The notes beneath the pieces are model-generated. The model made no database searches and had not been told where the DNA came from. It worked only from the letters and a program-made list of their open reading frames with translations. Source: Candidatus Bipolaricaulota bacterium (lineage in GTDB: Bacteria > Bipolaricaulota > Bipolaricaulia > RBG-16-55-9). Taken from it: a stretch of 33,293 nucleotides of DNA. The translations under genes were made by a program, and so were the position numbers. Shown here in pieces: positions 24,884 through 33,293 of the stretch (its first letter is position 1; each line of letters starts with the position of its first letter). The stretch is from assembly GCA_026982655.1 (NCBI GenBank), contig JALSGO010000077.1, positions 1 to 33,293 on the forward strand. The letters run 5' to 3'.

Positions 24884-24900
24884 ATCCCGAAGTACAGGAG

Positions 24901-25437
24901 GTGGCAACGATTCAACGCGGCTTTCTGAAGTACTACTTGCTGAAGCTCCTTAGCGAGGAGCCGCTTACGGGCTACGGCCTCATGAAGCGCATCGAGGAGG
25001 AGACGGGCTTTTGGAAACCCTCCACCGGCTCTGTGTACCCCCTTCTCCAAGCGTTGGAGGAGCAGGGTTGGGTCACCCAGGAGGGAGAGGCGGAGCGTAA
25101 GGTCTACAAGCTCACGGAGGCCGGGCACAAGGCGTTAGCAGAGGCGCACCACGCCAAGGAAGAGCTTCTCGACGGCCTCCAGCGAGCCTTCGAGATCTTC
25201 CGGCGTGTCTTCGGCGTCGAGGAGGTCGAGCCCGTTCACAGCCGTCTGCGCAGCTTGCTGCGGGGGGAGTCGCTGGGGTCCGATCGCATTCCCAAGGCCC
25301 TCCAATCCCGAGTCGTCCTGTTGCGGCATGTCCTGTTGAGCTTGCCCTATGAAGAACTCTCCTCCGAGGAGCTGGATGCGATAAACCGTGTGCTGGAGGA
25401 CACGCTGAATCGACTGAGCCCCTTTATCGAGCCCTGA
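24901..25437 (+). CDS. PadR-family transcriptional regulator
   Basis: The N-terminal winged helix-turn-helix reads GFLKYYLLKLLSEEPLTGYGLMKRIEEETGFWKPSTGSVYPLLQALEEQGWV. It starts with GTG and lies immediately upstream of the MFS gene. Confidence 0.75.
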   Translation: MATIQRGFLKYYLLKLLSEEPLTGYGLMKRIEEETGFWKPSTGSVYPLLQALEEQGWVTQEGEAERKVYKLTEAGHKALAEAHHAKEELLDGLQRAFEIFRRVFGVEEVEPVHSRLRSLLRGESLGSDRIPKALQSRVVLLRHVLLSLPYEELSSEELDAINRVLEDTLNRLSPFIEP

Positions 25438-25446
25438 TCCGGACGC

Positions 25447-26718
25447 ATGAACCCTCAACAGAAGAAGCAGCTCTTCGTGCTGTTCCTCACCCTCTTGGTG
25501 GTGATGATCGGCTTTGGGATTATCCTGCCGATCATGCCGTTTTACGCGCAGAGCCTGGGAGCCACCGCGACCCACCTGGGCTTGCTCTTCGCTACGTACT
25601 CCCTGATGCAGTTTCTCTTCTCCCCCCTGTGGGGCAGGCTCTCGGACCGGGTGGGGCGCAAGCCGATCTTGTTGGTGGGGTTGGCGGGTATGGCGGTCTC
25701 CTTCGTCCTCTTTGGGTTCGCTCAAACGTTGTGGATGCTCTTCGCCGCCCGCCTCTTGGGGGGGCTCCTCTCCTCGGCTGTGCTCCCTACCGCTATGGCC
25801 TACGTGGCGGACTCCACCGGTCACCGGCACCGCGGCAAGGGGATGGGGTTGATGGGGGCCGCTATGGGATTGGGGATGATCTTCGGGCCGGCGATCGGGG
25901 GGTTCCTAGGGGCCAACCCCACCGTCCCGTTTCTGGTGGCGGCGGGCCTTGCCCTGTTGGTGGTGGGCTTTGCCGCCGTCTTCCTCCCCGAGTCGTTGGG
26001 GCGGGAGGTCCGAGACCGCATCCGATCTCAGTCCCAATCCCAACCGCCAGGGAGCGTGCACACCCGGGTCCTTCGGGAGCTGAGGGGGCCGCTCGGTCCG
26101 CTGCTGGGGCTGAGCTTTCTCAGTCAAGCCGCCTTTGCTAGCATGTTTGGAACGTTTGCCCTCTTCACGGAGGCCAAGCTCGGGTTCGGCGAGGCCCAGA
26201 TGGGAGCCGTGTTTGCCGTCATGGGGTTGGTGGGTGCCTTGGGCCAAGGGATCCTCGCGGGGCGGGCCATCGCTGCCTGGGGCGAGGAGCGGGTCACGCA
26301 GATCGGGCTCCTCGTGAGCGGCGTGGGGTTCTGGAGCCTACTCCTCTCGTACGATCTCGTAAGCCTCCTGGTCCTTGCGTCCGGGATGGGCTTGGGCGGG
26401 GCGTTGATCACCCCTGCGATCTCCGCCTTGCTCTCGAAGCGCACCCCGCCCGAACGCCAGGGGGCGATCCTCGGCGTGTTCCACTCCTTCCAGAGCTTGG
26501 GCCGCATCGCAGGACCTTTGGGAGGAGGACTCGTCTTCGACCTGCTGGGATACGCCTTCCCCTACGTGCTGGCGGGAGGACTCTTCTTGTTCCTGGGCCT
26601 CACTGCCAACCTCTTCACGCGGTCCCAAGGGACGGGGGCTCGGTCCGCGCCCTCTCCCTCTTCCTCCCCCGCCTCGTGCGCTTCGCTGGACCGTTCCTAT
26701 CCGCCCGACCGCTCCTGA
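25447..26718 (+). CDS. MFS transporter (drug:H+ antiporter-like)
   Basis: The product is 423 aa with 12 TM helices. MFS motif A is GRLSDRVGRKP. The N-terminus is MNPQQKKQLFVLFLTLLVVMIGFGIILPIMPFY. Confidence 0.85.
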   Translation: MNPQQKKQLFVLFLTLLVVMIGFGIILPIMPFYAQSLGATATHLGLLFATYSLMQFLFSPLWGRLSDRVGRKPILLVGLAGMAVSFVLFGFAQTLWMLFAARLLGGLLSSAVLPTAMAYVADSTGHRHRGKGMGLMGAAMGLGMIFGPAIGGFLGANPTVPFLVAAGLALLVVGFAAVFLPESLGREVRDRIRSQSQSQPPGSVHTRVLRELRGPLGPLLGLSFLSQAAFASMFGTFALFTEAKLGFGEAQMGAVFAVMGLVGALGQGILAGRAIAAWGEERVTQIGLLVSGVGFWSLLLSYDLVSLLVLASGMGLGGALITPAISALLSKRTPPERQGAILGVFHSFQSLGRIAGPLGGGLVFDLLGYAFPYVLAGGLFLFLGLTANLFTRSQGTGARSAPSPSSSPASCASLDRSYPPDRS

Positions 26719-26834
26719 GGTGTTGAGCGCCTTCCCTCTCGCCTTGGCCTCGGATCTCCCGTATACTCCCGATACGATCCCGGCCTGCTCAGGGCCCGGG
26801 CAGCACAAGCATTGGGAGAAGGAGGTTACAAACC

Positions 26835-29654
26835 ATGGCAATGCGTACTGGCAAGCGGTCCCCGGCGCTGCTGGCCGTTGCAGCGATCGTCGGGGTGCTC
26901 CTTCTGGGGCTAGCAGGGGACCTCTCCCCCTCCTCCGGGAGGGCCACGGCTCAGGAGGCTCCCCCCCTGGACGAGTTCGTCGCCGACATGAAGAGCGATG
27001 AGGGGCTCTTCCCCGTTTACGTCAACGATCGCGACCAGGTGTTCTTCGAGATCCGTGAGGAGAACTTCAACCGGGACTTCCTCGTCGTGGTGCAGATCGC
27101 TCGGGGGATCGGGGAGTCGTTCCTGCTCACGGGGTTCCCCCTGGAGACCCAGATGGTCACCTTCCGGCTGCGCAAGGATCGCATCGAGTTGGTGGCCCGC
27201 AACCCCCTCTTCCGCGCCCGAGAGGGGACCCCTCAGGGCCGCATGGTGGAGCGAGGCTTTCGGGAGAACGTCCTCGCCGTCTTCCCCGTGGCGGCGGCGC
27301 AGCCGGAGGAGGGACGATACTTGATCGAGGTTACCCGCTTCTTCCTGAAAGACCCCGGTCTGGCGCCCGTGCTGCCGTTCCTCTACGGGGTGGGGTTCCG
27401 AATCGATCCCAACCGCTCCTCGTTCGTATACGCCAAGAGCTTCCCGGAGAACGTGGAGCTGGAGGTCGACCTCACCTACGCCGCCTCGCGGGCCTTCCCC
27501 AGCCGGACGCTCCCCGACCCGACGAGCCTGCCCGTTGCGATCCACTACAGCATCCTCCGGCTTCCCGAGGAGCCGATGAAGCCCCGTCTGGCGGACGACC
27601 GGGTCGGGTACTTCGTGACGACCTATAAGGACTACGATCGCCAGGGGGGCCGCACGGGGATCGTGCGGATCGTCAACCGATGGCGGCTGGAGAAGAAGGA
27701 CCCCTACGCCCCCCTCTCCGAACCGGTCAAGCCCATCGTCTTCTACCTGGAGGACACGATCCCGGAGGAGCTTCGGCCCTACGTCAAGGAGGGGGTGGAA
27801 GCGTGGAACAAGGCCTTTGAGGCGGCAGGGTTCAAGAACGCCATCCGCGCGGTCGACGCCCCCGACGATCCGGACTTCGACCCCGGAGATGCTCGCTACT
27901 CGACCATCCGCTGGGTCCCCTCGGTGACGTCGGTCTTCGCCATCGGGCCCTCGGACGTGGATCCCCGCTCCGGAGAGATCCTGAACGCGGACATCCTGGT
28001 GGTGGCCGACTGGGTCCGAGCCCTTACGGGCCAGCGTGACCTGTTGGCCCACGTGCGCAGCCCCCTGGACTTCCTGCGACAGGAGGCCGAAGCCTTACGG
28101 CTGGCGTACCGGCTCAACCCGGACTACGCCCGCCGTCTCTGCGCCTACGGGGCCTCCTTGCTCCCTTACTTCGTGACGTGGCGGCTGACGTTGATCGCCG
28201 ATGGGGTGATCGATGCCGACGAGCCGGTGCCCTTGGAATACGTAGGGGCCGCCATCCGCGAGGTCGTCATGCACGAGGTCGGGCACTCGTTGGGGTTGCG
28301 ACACAACTTCAAGGCCAGCATAGCGATCCCCTTCGACAAGCTCCACGACCCGGACTACACCCGGCAGTACGGCGTGAGCGCCTCCGTGATGGACTACAAC
28401 CCCCCGAACATCTCCCCCGATCGCGACGCGCAGGGGGAGTATTACAACTCCACGGTGGGCCCCTACGACGTCTGGGCGATCCAGTGGGGCTACATGCCCG
28501 TAGGCAACGAGACCCTCGATCGCCCTCATCCCCGGCTTCAGGCCATCGCTCAGGAGCACGCCCAGAAGGAACACTTCTACGGCACGGACGAGGACGGCTG
28601 GCTCTACCCGTACGCCCTGGATCCGTGGACGAACCAGTTCGACCTAGGCGGGGACCCGATCGCTTACTACAAGGGGCTGCAGCGGTTGACCGACCGGCTC
28701 TGGGCCGAGGTGGAGGAACGGTTGGTGGAGGAGGACGGCGAGCTCTGGCCGGTGCGCGGGGCCATCCATACCCTCCTCTACCAGCAGACTCAGGGGTACT
28801 TCTGGACGACGAAGTACATCGGAGGGGTCTACGTCACCCGGGCCCACAAGGACGACCCGGCCGGCCTCGTCCCCTTCCGGCCCGTCCCGGCCGAGGAGCA
28901 GCGCCAAGCGTTGCGGTTCGTCCTGGAGGCGTTCCGACCCGACATCCTCCGGGAGTTCCCTAAAGAGCTCTTGGACAAGGCTCCGCCCCCGCGTTGGTGG
29001 GATCGCTACTCCGGCTGGCGGTTCGGCACCCGCTTCACTTACCCCCTCCACGACGTAGTCACGGGCATGCGCGCCGCCTTGTTGGAGATCCTCTTCTGGC
29101 CGGAGCGCCTGGCCCGCATCCGGGACAACGCCTATCGCTCCGAGGAGCCGAATCCCTTTACCCTGGAGGAGCTCTTCCGGGGCGTGACCGACGCGATCTG
29201 GCAGGACGTGCTGGTCGGCCTTCCCTCTGCGGACTCCTTCCAGCGCGCCCTCCAGAGCCTCTACCTCGACCGGCTGCTGCAGATGGCCGTTCCCGAGGGC
29301 TCTCCTGCGGGAGAGCGATCGTCCCGCCTCCCGGCTCCCTCCGCCGCCTCCGTCCCCCTAGGCCTTCCGGGCTCGAACGCGCTTCCCTCGACGGACGCGC
29401 CCTTCGGTTTGGGGATCGAGCGGGATCCCTGGCTCGAGGCCTACGGGGGGGCTGGCACCGATCCCATCGCTCTCCACCCCAACCCGGCCTTTGTCGCCCC
29501 ACGCGTGGACGAAGCGCGATCCCTCGCGCAAGCGGAGTTGGAGCGCATCGATCGGGCGATCGAGCAGGTGCTTGCAGAGGGGGTCTTCGACTCCACCCTG
29601 GAGGCACACCTCCGCGAGGCTCAACGTCGCATCGAGCGCGTTCTGGGTCGCTAA
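26835..29654 (+). CDS. large secreted zinc-dependent metalloprotease (HExxHxxGxxH, DUF4953/DUF5117-like)
   Basis: The product is 939 aa. A signal peptide MAMRTGKRSPALLAVAAIVGVLLLGLAG is present. The zinc-binding motif is VMHEVGHSLGLRHNF. GGAGG lies 9 nt before the ATG. Confidence 0.7.
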   Translation: MAMRTGKRSPALLAVAAIVGVLLLGLAGDLSPSSGRATAQEAPPLDEFVADMKSDEGLFPVYVNDRDQVFFEIREENFNRDFLVVVQIARGIGESFLLTGFPLETQMVTFRLRKDRIELVARNPLFRAREGTPQGRMVERGFRENVLAVFPVAAAQPEEGRYLIEVTRFFLKDPGLAPVLPFLYGVGFRIDPNRSSFVYAKSFPENVELEVDLTYAASRAFPSRTLPDPTSLPVAIHYSILRLPEEPMKPRLADDRVGYFVTTYKDYDRQGGRTGIVRIVNRWRLEKKDPYAPLSEPVKPIVFYLEDTIPEELRPYVKEGVEAWNKAFEAAGFKNAIRAVDAPDDPDFDPGDARYSTIRWVPSVTSVFAIGPSDVDPRSGEILNADILVVADWVRALTGQRDLLAHVRSPLDFLRQEAEALRLAYRLNPDYARRLCAYGASLLPYFVTWRLTLIADGVIDADEPVPLEYVGAAIREVVMHEVGHSLGLRHNFKASIAIPFDKLHDPDYTRQYGVSASVMDYNPPNISPDRDAQGEYYNSTVGPYDVWAIQWGYMPVGNETLDRPHPRLQAIAQEHAQKEHFYGTDEDGWLYPYALDPWTNQFDLGGDPIAYYKGLQRLTDRLWAEVEERLVEEDGELWPVRGAIHTLLYQQTQGYFWTTKYIGGVYVTRAHKDDPAGLVPFRPVPAEEQRQALRFVLEAFRPDILREFPKELLDKAPPPRWWDRYSGWRFGTRFTYPLHDVVTGMRAALLEILFWPERLARIRDNAYRSEEPNPFTLEELFRGVTDAIWQDVLVGLPSADSFQRALQSLYLDRLLQMAVPEGSPAGERSSRLPAPSAASVPLGLPGSNALPSTDAPFGLGIERDPWLEAYGGAGTDPIALHPNPAFVAPRVDEARSLAQAELERIDRAIEQVLAEGVFDSTLEAHLREAQRRIERVLGR

Positions 29655-29676
29655 AGGGCATCGAGAGAGGGACGGA

Positions 29677-29716
29677 GGACGGGGCAAGGGCGATCGTCTG
29701 CGCCCTTGCCCCGTCC
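29677..29716. terminator. bidirectional terminator hairpin between the convergent metalloprotease and CaCA genes
   Basis: A perfect 16-bp stem GGACGGGGCAAGGGCG / CGCCCTTGCCCCGTCC flanks an 8-nt loop. It is followed on the plus strand by CTTTAAGCGTCCTTTT. Confidence 0.6.
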
Positions 29717-29730
29717 CTTTAAGCGTCCTT

Positions 29731-30702
29731 TTAGCGGAACAGCCAGAGGAGAAAGCCGATATAGCCCAGAAGGAGCAATGCTCCTTCCCAGCGTTCCACG
29801 CGGGGGCGTGATCCTATGCCCAGGAGCGGGAGGAGCGCGAAGGAGAAGAGGAGCATGAAGGGGATTTCGCGGGTGAGCCAGGCGGGCAGGATCGGGAGAG
29901 GGTGGACGAGGGCTACGATCCCTACGACGCTCAGGAGGTTGAAGATGTTGCTGCCGACGATGTTTCCTACGCTGATGGCCATCTCGCGCCGCAGCGTTGC
30001 CACCACGGTGGTCGCAAGCTCCGGCAGGGAAGTGCCTACGGCGACCAGCGAAAGGCCGATCACGCCTTCCGAGACCCCGAGCGCTCGGGCGAGGGTCACC
30101 GCGGAGTCCACCAGCAACCGCGCCCCCCCCAACAGCACCAGGAGGCCTCCCAACGCCAAGAGGGCGTTGATTCCCACCGCTCTCCCCTTGCCCTCGCGCG
30201 CCGGAACGGGCCGTTTGGGGCTGTCCTCGTCGAGGAGTCCCTCGGCCCGGTAGATGTACATCAGCCCGAGGAAGACGCCGAGGGCCACGACCAACACCCC
30301 TCCGTCGAGGCGGCTGATCTGCCCGTTGAGGGCCAGCCCGTAAAAGAGCAGGGAGATCACGAGCATAAAGGGCACCTCTCGGCGGACCAAGGAGGAGCGC
30401 ACCTCGAGCGGGCGCAGCAGCGCGGCGATGGCCAGGATGAGCCCGATGTTGGCTACGTTGCTCCCTACCACGTTGCCCACGGCCAGGTCGGGTGTGCCCC
30501 TTAGAGCGGCCAGCAGGCTCACGGCCAGCTCGGGAGCCGACGTGCCGAACGCCACCAGCGTCAGGCCGATGACCCAGCGGGAGATCCCGAGGAGTTCGGC
30601 GAGCCGAGCCGCCCCGCGCACGAACCCCTCGGCGCCGAGATAGAGCCCCCCCAGCCCGAGCAGAAACCCTACCCCTTCGAGGAAGAGCTCCGTGTCGGTC
30701 AT
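29731..30702 (-). CDS. Ca2+/cation antiporter (CaCA family, YrbG-like)
   Basis: Two alpha-repeats are present: GTSAPELAVS and GTSLPELATT. I chose the internal start MTDTELFLEG at 30702. Confidence 0.8.
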   Translation of the reverse strand: MTDTELFLEGVGFLLGLGGLYLGAEGFVRGAARLAELLGISRWVIGLTLVAFGTSAPELAVSLLAALRGTPDLAVGNVVGSNVANIGLILAIAALLRPLEVRSSLVRREVPFMLVISLLFYGLALNGQISRLDGGVLVVALGVFLGLMYIYRAEGLLDEDSPKRPVPAREGKGRAVGINALLALGGLLVLLGGARLLVDSAVTLARALGVSEGVIGLSLVAVGTSLPELATTVVATLRREMAISVGNIVGSNIFNLLSVVGIVALVHPLPILPAWLTREIPFMLLFSFALLPLLGIGSRPRVERWEGALLLLGYIGFLLWLFR

Positions 30703-30757
30703 GATGGGTGAGGGACCGAGCCGGGGGACAAGGGACGGAACGGGGGTCCGGTCAGCT

Positions 30758-30982
30758 CTACGGCTCGACTTCGTACGGCAAGAGGGCCATAACCCGAGCC
30801 CTCTTGATCTCACGGCTTACGCGGCGCTGATGCTTAGCACAGAGCCGGCTGACCCGCCGGGGCAGGATCTTCCCCAAGCGGTTCATGTAGCGCCGAAGCT
30901 CCTCCGGACGCTTGTAGTTGAGCTGGATGTTGTGCTTGCATACCTCACAGACTTGGCGTCGTTTCCTACGCATGGATCTCAA
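30758..30982 (-). CDS. rpsR: 30S ribosomal protein S18 (bS18)
   Basis: The 74 aa product carries the S18 signature YKRPEELRRYMNRLGKILPRRVSRLCAKHQRRVSREIKRAR. Its start overlaps the ssb stop (ATGA). Confidence 0.9.
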   Translation of the reverse strand: MRSMRRKRRQVCEVCKHNIQLNYKRPEELRRYMNRLGKILPRRVSRLCAKHQRRVSREIKRARVMALLPYEVEP

Positions 30983-31464
30983 AACGGAACCTCCTCTTCT
31001 CCCTCCGAGGGGGTCTCATGGGGTCTCGAACGGGATGTAGGGGGCGGCGGCGCGGGCGCGGCCGCGTCGGCCGGAGGGATCGACGATTCGGAAGCGCTCG
31101 GATAGGCTTCCTCGTCCCCCCTTGTGCCGGCCCCGGGAGCCCCCAGGAACTGCACGGTATCCGCTACCACCTCTACGACCTTGCGGCGCTCGCCCTCCTC
31201 GGTCTCGAAGGAGTCGATGCGCAAGCGCCCTTCCACGGCGACCAAACGCCCCTTGGCCAAGTACTGAGCACAGTTCTCCGCCTGGGCCCCCCACACCACA
31301 ATGGGGACGAAGGTCGTCTCCTCCTGGAGGTTTCCCTCGCGGTCGCGCCAGCGCCGGTTGACGGCGATGGCAAAGCGCGCTCGCGCCGTTCCCGCTTGGG
31401 TGTAACGGAGGTCTGGGTCGTCCGTTAGGTTCCCGATCAGGATGACACGGTTAAGCCCTGCCAT
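30979..31464 (-). CDS. ssb: single-stranded DNA-binding protein (single OB fold with an acidic C-terminal tail)
   Basis: The N-terminus is MAGLNRVILIGNLTDDPDLRYTQAG. The tail is EGEEEVPF. The Shine-Dalgarno sequence GGGAGGGGAGAAGG precedes the start. Confidence 0.9.
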   Translation of the reverse strand: MAGLNRVILIGNLTDDPDLRYTQAGTARARFAIAVNRRWRDREGNLQEETTFVPIVVWGAQAENCAQYLAKGRLVAVEGRLRIDSFETEEGERRKVVEVVADTVQFLGAPGAGTRGDEEAYPSASESSIPPADAAAPAPPPPTSRSRPHETPSEGEEEVPF

Positions 31465-31539
31465 AGCCTTCTCCCCTCCCTCTCTGCGGAGCGAACCCGA
31501 ACCTCCGTCCCGCCCGGAGGGCCCTGCGCCGGATGCCCG

Positions 31540-31893
31540 TTACGAGGATCCTACCTCCGCTTCCGATCCCGATCCCGATCCCGCCGTGCGCGCCGGGATC
31601 CGCCTCTCCCGTTCCTCCTCCTCTTCCAAGCGCACGACTTGGTAGCGCAGGACGTCCTCGTCCAGCTGAAAGCGCTCATCGAGGGTGGGGAGCTTGTTCG
31701 GATCGATCGTGAACGTCATGAGCACGTAGTAGCCCCGGTCGTAGTGGTCGATCTCGTAGGCGAAGGTACGCAGGCCCCACTCGTCCACCTCGTGGACTTC
31801 TCCCCCGCTCTCCGCGATGACTTGTTCATACTTTTGTACGATCCGGGGGTACTCCTCTTCCCGATCGACGTCGGGTCGGATGATGTAGAGCAC
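31540..31893 (-). CDS. rpsF: 30S ribosomal protein S6 (bS6); start codon uncertain
   Basis: The product YIIRPDVDREEEYPRIVQKYEQVIAESGGEVHEVDEWGLRTFAYEIDHYDRGYYVLMTF matches the S6 fold. The first canonical start is GTG at 31893. Conserved N-terminal residues appear to be encoded upstream of it. Confidence 0.8.
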   Translation of the reverse strand: MLYIIRPDVDREEEYPRIVQKYEQVIAESGGEVHEVDEWGLRTFAYEIDHYDRGYYVLMTFTIDPNKLPTLDERFQLDEDVLRYQVVRLEEEEERERRIPARTAGSGSGSEAEVGSS

Positions 31894-31965
31894 CTCATAC
31901 GTCCGTTCCTGTACTGATTTCAGCGCAAATCACCCCAGCCAAAGCGTTCTCGATGCGGTATACGC

Positions 31966-31994
31966 AGTATAGCCGAACGCACAGGAGATCTCAA
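31966..31994 (-). promoter_or_regulatory. near-consensus sigma70-like promoter for rpsF-ssb-rpsR: TTGAGA, 17 nt, TATACT on the minus strand
   Basis: The minus-strand sense is cTTGAGAtctcctgtgcgttcggcTATACTgcgta. The -35 is at 31989-31994 and the -10 at 31966-31971. The leader to the rpsF start is about 66 nt. Confidence 0.45.
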
Positions 31995-32086
31995 GCTCTG
32001 AGCAGCTTCCGAATAGCCCATCGCCTCGAGCGATCTGTCGTGTTAGGCCTCCCTGCCGTGGAGGGGCCTTGGGTTTAGCGAGCGCC

Positions 32087-33028
32087 TCAGGCTGCTCGGC
32101 TTGGACCTCTGTCCTTTTCCCCTTCCCGGGCATCTTGAGAGGCCTCGATCATCGCAGCTAATCCCCCCAGAACGCTCGAAAGCTCCACGGGCATGAAGAT
32201 CTTCGTCGCCTGCCCCTGCGCGATGCCCGCCAGCGCTTCCAGGTATTTGAGGGTGATGAGCTCGCTCGTGGGGCGTCCCTCGTGAATCGCTTGGAAGACG
32301 GTCTTGATCGCCTGGGCCTCGCCCTCGGCGATGGCGATCTTCTGGTACTTCTCCGCGTCGGCCACCTTCTGGATCGCCTCCGCCTGCCCTTCGGCCTGTA
32401 GAATGGCCGCCTGCTTCTGGCCTTCGGCCTTGGTAATTTCCGACTGACGGATCCCCTCGGCCTCCAGGATGAGCGCCCGCTTCTCCCGCTCCGCCTTCAT
32501 CTGCTTGGACATCGCCTCGGTGATGTCCACCGGCGGGTCGATCCGCTGGATCTCCACCCGGGTGACTTTGACCCCCCACTTGTCCGTGGCCTCATCCAGG
32601 ATCTGCCCCAGCGCCGCGTTGATCTTCTCCCGCGAGGTGAGCGTCTCGTCCAGGTTGAGGTCCCCGATCTGGTTGCGGAGGTTCGTCTGTGCCAGCTTGG
32701 TGACGGCTACGTTGAAGTCCTCCACGTTGTAGACGACCTTGACGGGGTCGATCACCCGGTAGTAGACGACGGCGTCCACCTCGACCACGACGTTGTCCTC
32801 GGTGATGACCCGCTGGGGCGGGACGTCGATGACCCGCTCGCGCATGTCCACCTTGACCATCTTGTCGATGATCGGCCAGATCAACCGCAACCCGGGATCG
32901 GCGGTGTGGTGATACTTCCCCAAGCGCTCCACCAAGCCGCGCTCGAAGGGGCGCACGATCCGCACCGCCGACCCGACGATGAACGCCGCGAAGACCAACA
33001 GCAAGATCAGAGGCCACATCGCTTCCAT
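32087..33028 (-). CDS. SPFH/band-7 (stomatin/prohibitin-like) membrane protein
   Basis: The product is 313 aa. An N-terminal TM helix [20 protein letters not shown] is followed by an SPFH core ([28 protein letters not shown]) and a C-terminal A/E/Q-rich coiled coil. Confidence 0.85.
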   Translation of the reverse strand: MEAMWPLILLLVFAAFIVGSAVRIVRPFERGLVERLGKYHHTADPGLRLIWPIIDKMVKVDMRERVIDVPPQRVITEDNVVVEVDAVVYYRVIDPVKVVYNVEDFNVAVTKLAQTNLRNQIGDLNLDETLTSREKINAALGQILDEATDKWGVKVTRVEIQRIDPPVDITEAMSKQMKAEREKRALILEAEGIRQSEITKAEGQKQAAILQAEGQAEAIQKVADAEKYQKIAIAEGEAQAIKTVFQAIHEGRPTSELITLKYLEALAGIAQGQATKIFMPVELSSVLGGLAAMIEASQDAREGEKDRGPSRAA

Positions 33029-33043
33029 GGGGACACCTCCTCG

Positions 33044-33259
33044 TTACGATAGATGTCTTTCATAGCGCCACCAGCTGTAGACTCGGGCGACCGGGGCGAG
33101 AAAGGCCAGGATGAGCCATAGGGCTCCGACGACGATGCCTTTCGTGAAGAGGTACGGGGCAAAATAGAATCCGAACACCACGCCTACAACGGCGGCAAAG
33201 TTCCCGCTGAAGCCGTTGATCGGGTAGTTATACGTGAAGATCGTCCGAAAGCCTTTCAA
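33044..33259 (-). CDS. small two-TM membrane protein upstream of and coupled to the SPFH gene
   Basis: The 71 aa product reads MKGFRTIFTYNYPINGFSGNFAAVVGVVFGFYFAPYLFTKGIVVGALWLILAFLAPVARVY. Its stop lies 15 nt before the SPFH start. It is shorter than a typical NfeD partner. Confidence 0.4.
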   Translation of the reverse strand: MKGFRTIFTYNYPINGFSGNFAAVVGVVFGFYFAPYLFTKGIVVGALWLILAFLAPVARVYSWWRYERHLS

Positions 33260-33293
33260 GGTCTTGGCATAACATGGGCTATGGAAGGGACGC

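Noticed and set aside
31502-31520. CCTCCG-N7-CGGAGG hairpin in the rpsF-ssb spacer, as a possible attenuator or terminator
   Set aside because: The stem is short, only 6 bp, and no U-run follows. It is more likely a minor processing or structure element, mentioned only in the context of the rpsF leader.
31995-32086. Imperfect hairpin GGCCTCCctgccgtGGAGGGGCC downstream of the SPFH gene, as a possible terminator
   Set aside because: The stem has a 2-nt bulge and no U-tract follows on the minus (SPFH-sense) strand. It is not convincing as an intrinsic terminator.
1-33293. CRISPR arrays, tRNA or rRNA genes, IS elements or transposases, integrases
   Set aside because: I saw no direct-repeat arrays, cloverleaf-sized conserved intergenic segments, or transposase or integrase-like ORFs. 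Intergenic spaces are short.

Overview
This is a high-GC bacterial chromosomal segment, mostly 65-70% G+C by eye, densely coded on both strands with much translational coupling. I found no rRNA, tRNA, CRISPR array or transposase.

Gene content, left to right:
1. Minus strand: an N-terminal fragment of a COG3635 archaeal-type phosphoglycerate-mutase-like gene running off the window edge, then a DUF2283/DUF4258 toxin-antitoxin-like pair, then thrC, all coupled.
2. Plus strand: an aspartate-pathway operon asd-lysC-hom.
3. Minus strand: a Clp1/Grc3-family polynucleotide kinase homolog.
4. Plus strand: a V/A-type ATPase operon G-I-K-E-C-F-A. It lacks B and D and is followed directly by an acyl-CoA dehydrogenase.
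5. Minus strand, compositionally distinct (lower GC): a four-gene operon of a YhaO/SbcD-like Mre11 phosphoesterase, a YhaN/SbcC-like Rad50/SMC ATPase, an RNase J-like beta-CASP metallo-beta-lactamase nuclease, and a small basic ORF. The ATPase's coiled-coil apex carries a double-transmembrane hairpin instead of a zinc hook.
6. Plus strand: yggS, a rhomboid-like probably inactive membrane protein, and a coupled membrane protein.
7. Minus strand: rarA and a secreted hypothetical.
8. Plus strand: padR and an MFS efflux gene, with a candidate operator.
9. Plus strand: a large secreted HExxH zinc metalloprotease.
10. Minus strand: a CaCA antiporter, the rpsF-ssb-rpsR operon with a near-consensus promoter, and an SPFH/stomatin gene with a small membrane ORF.

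The most interesting candidate is the membrane-anchored Mre11/Rad50-like module with a beta-CASP nuclease, which looks horizontally acquired.
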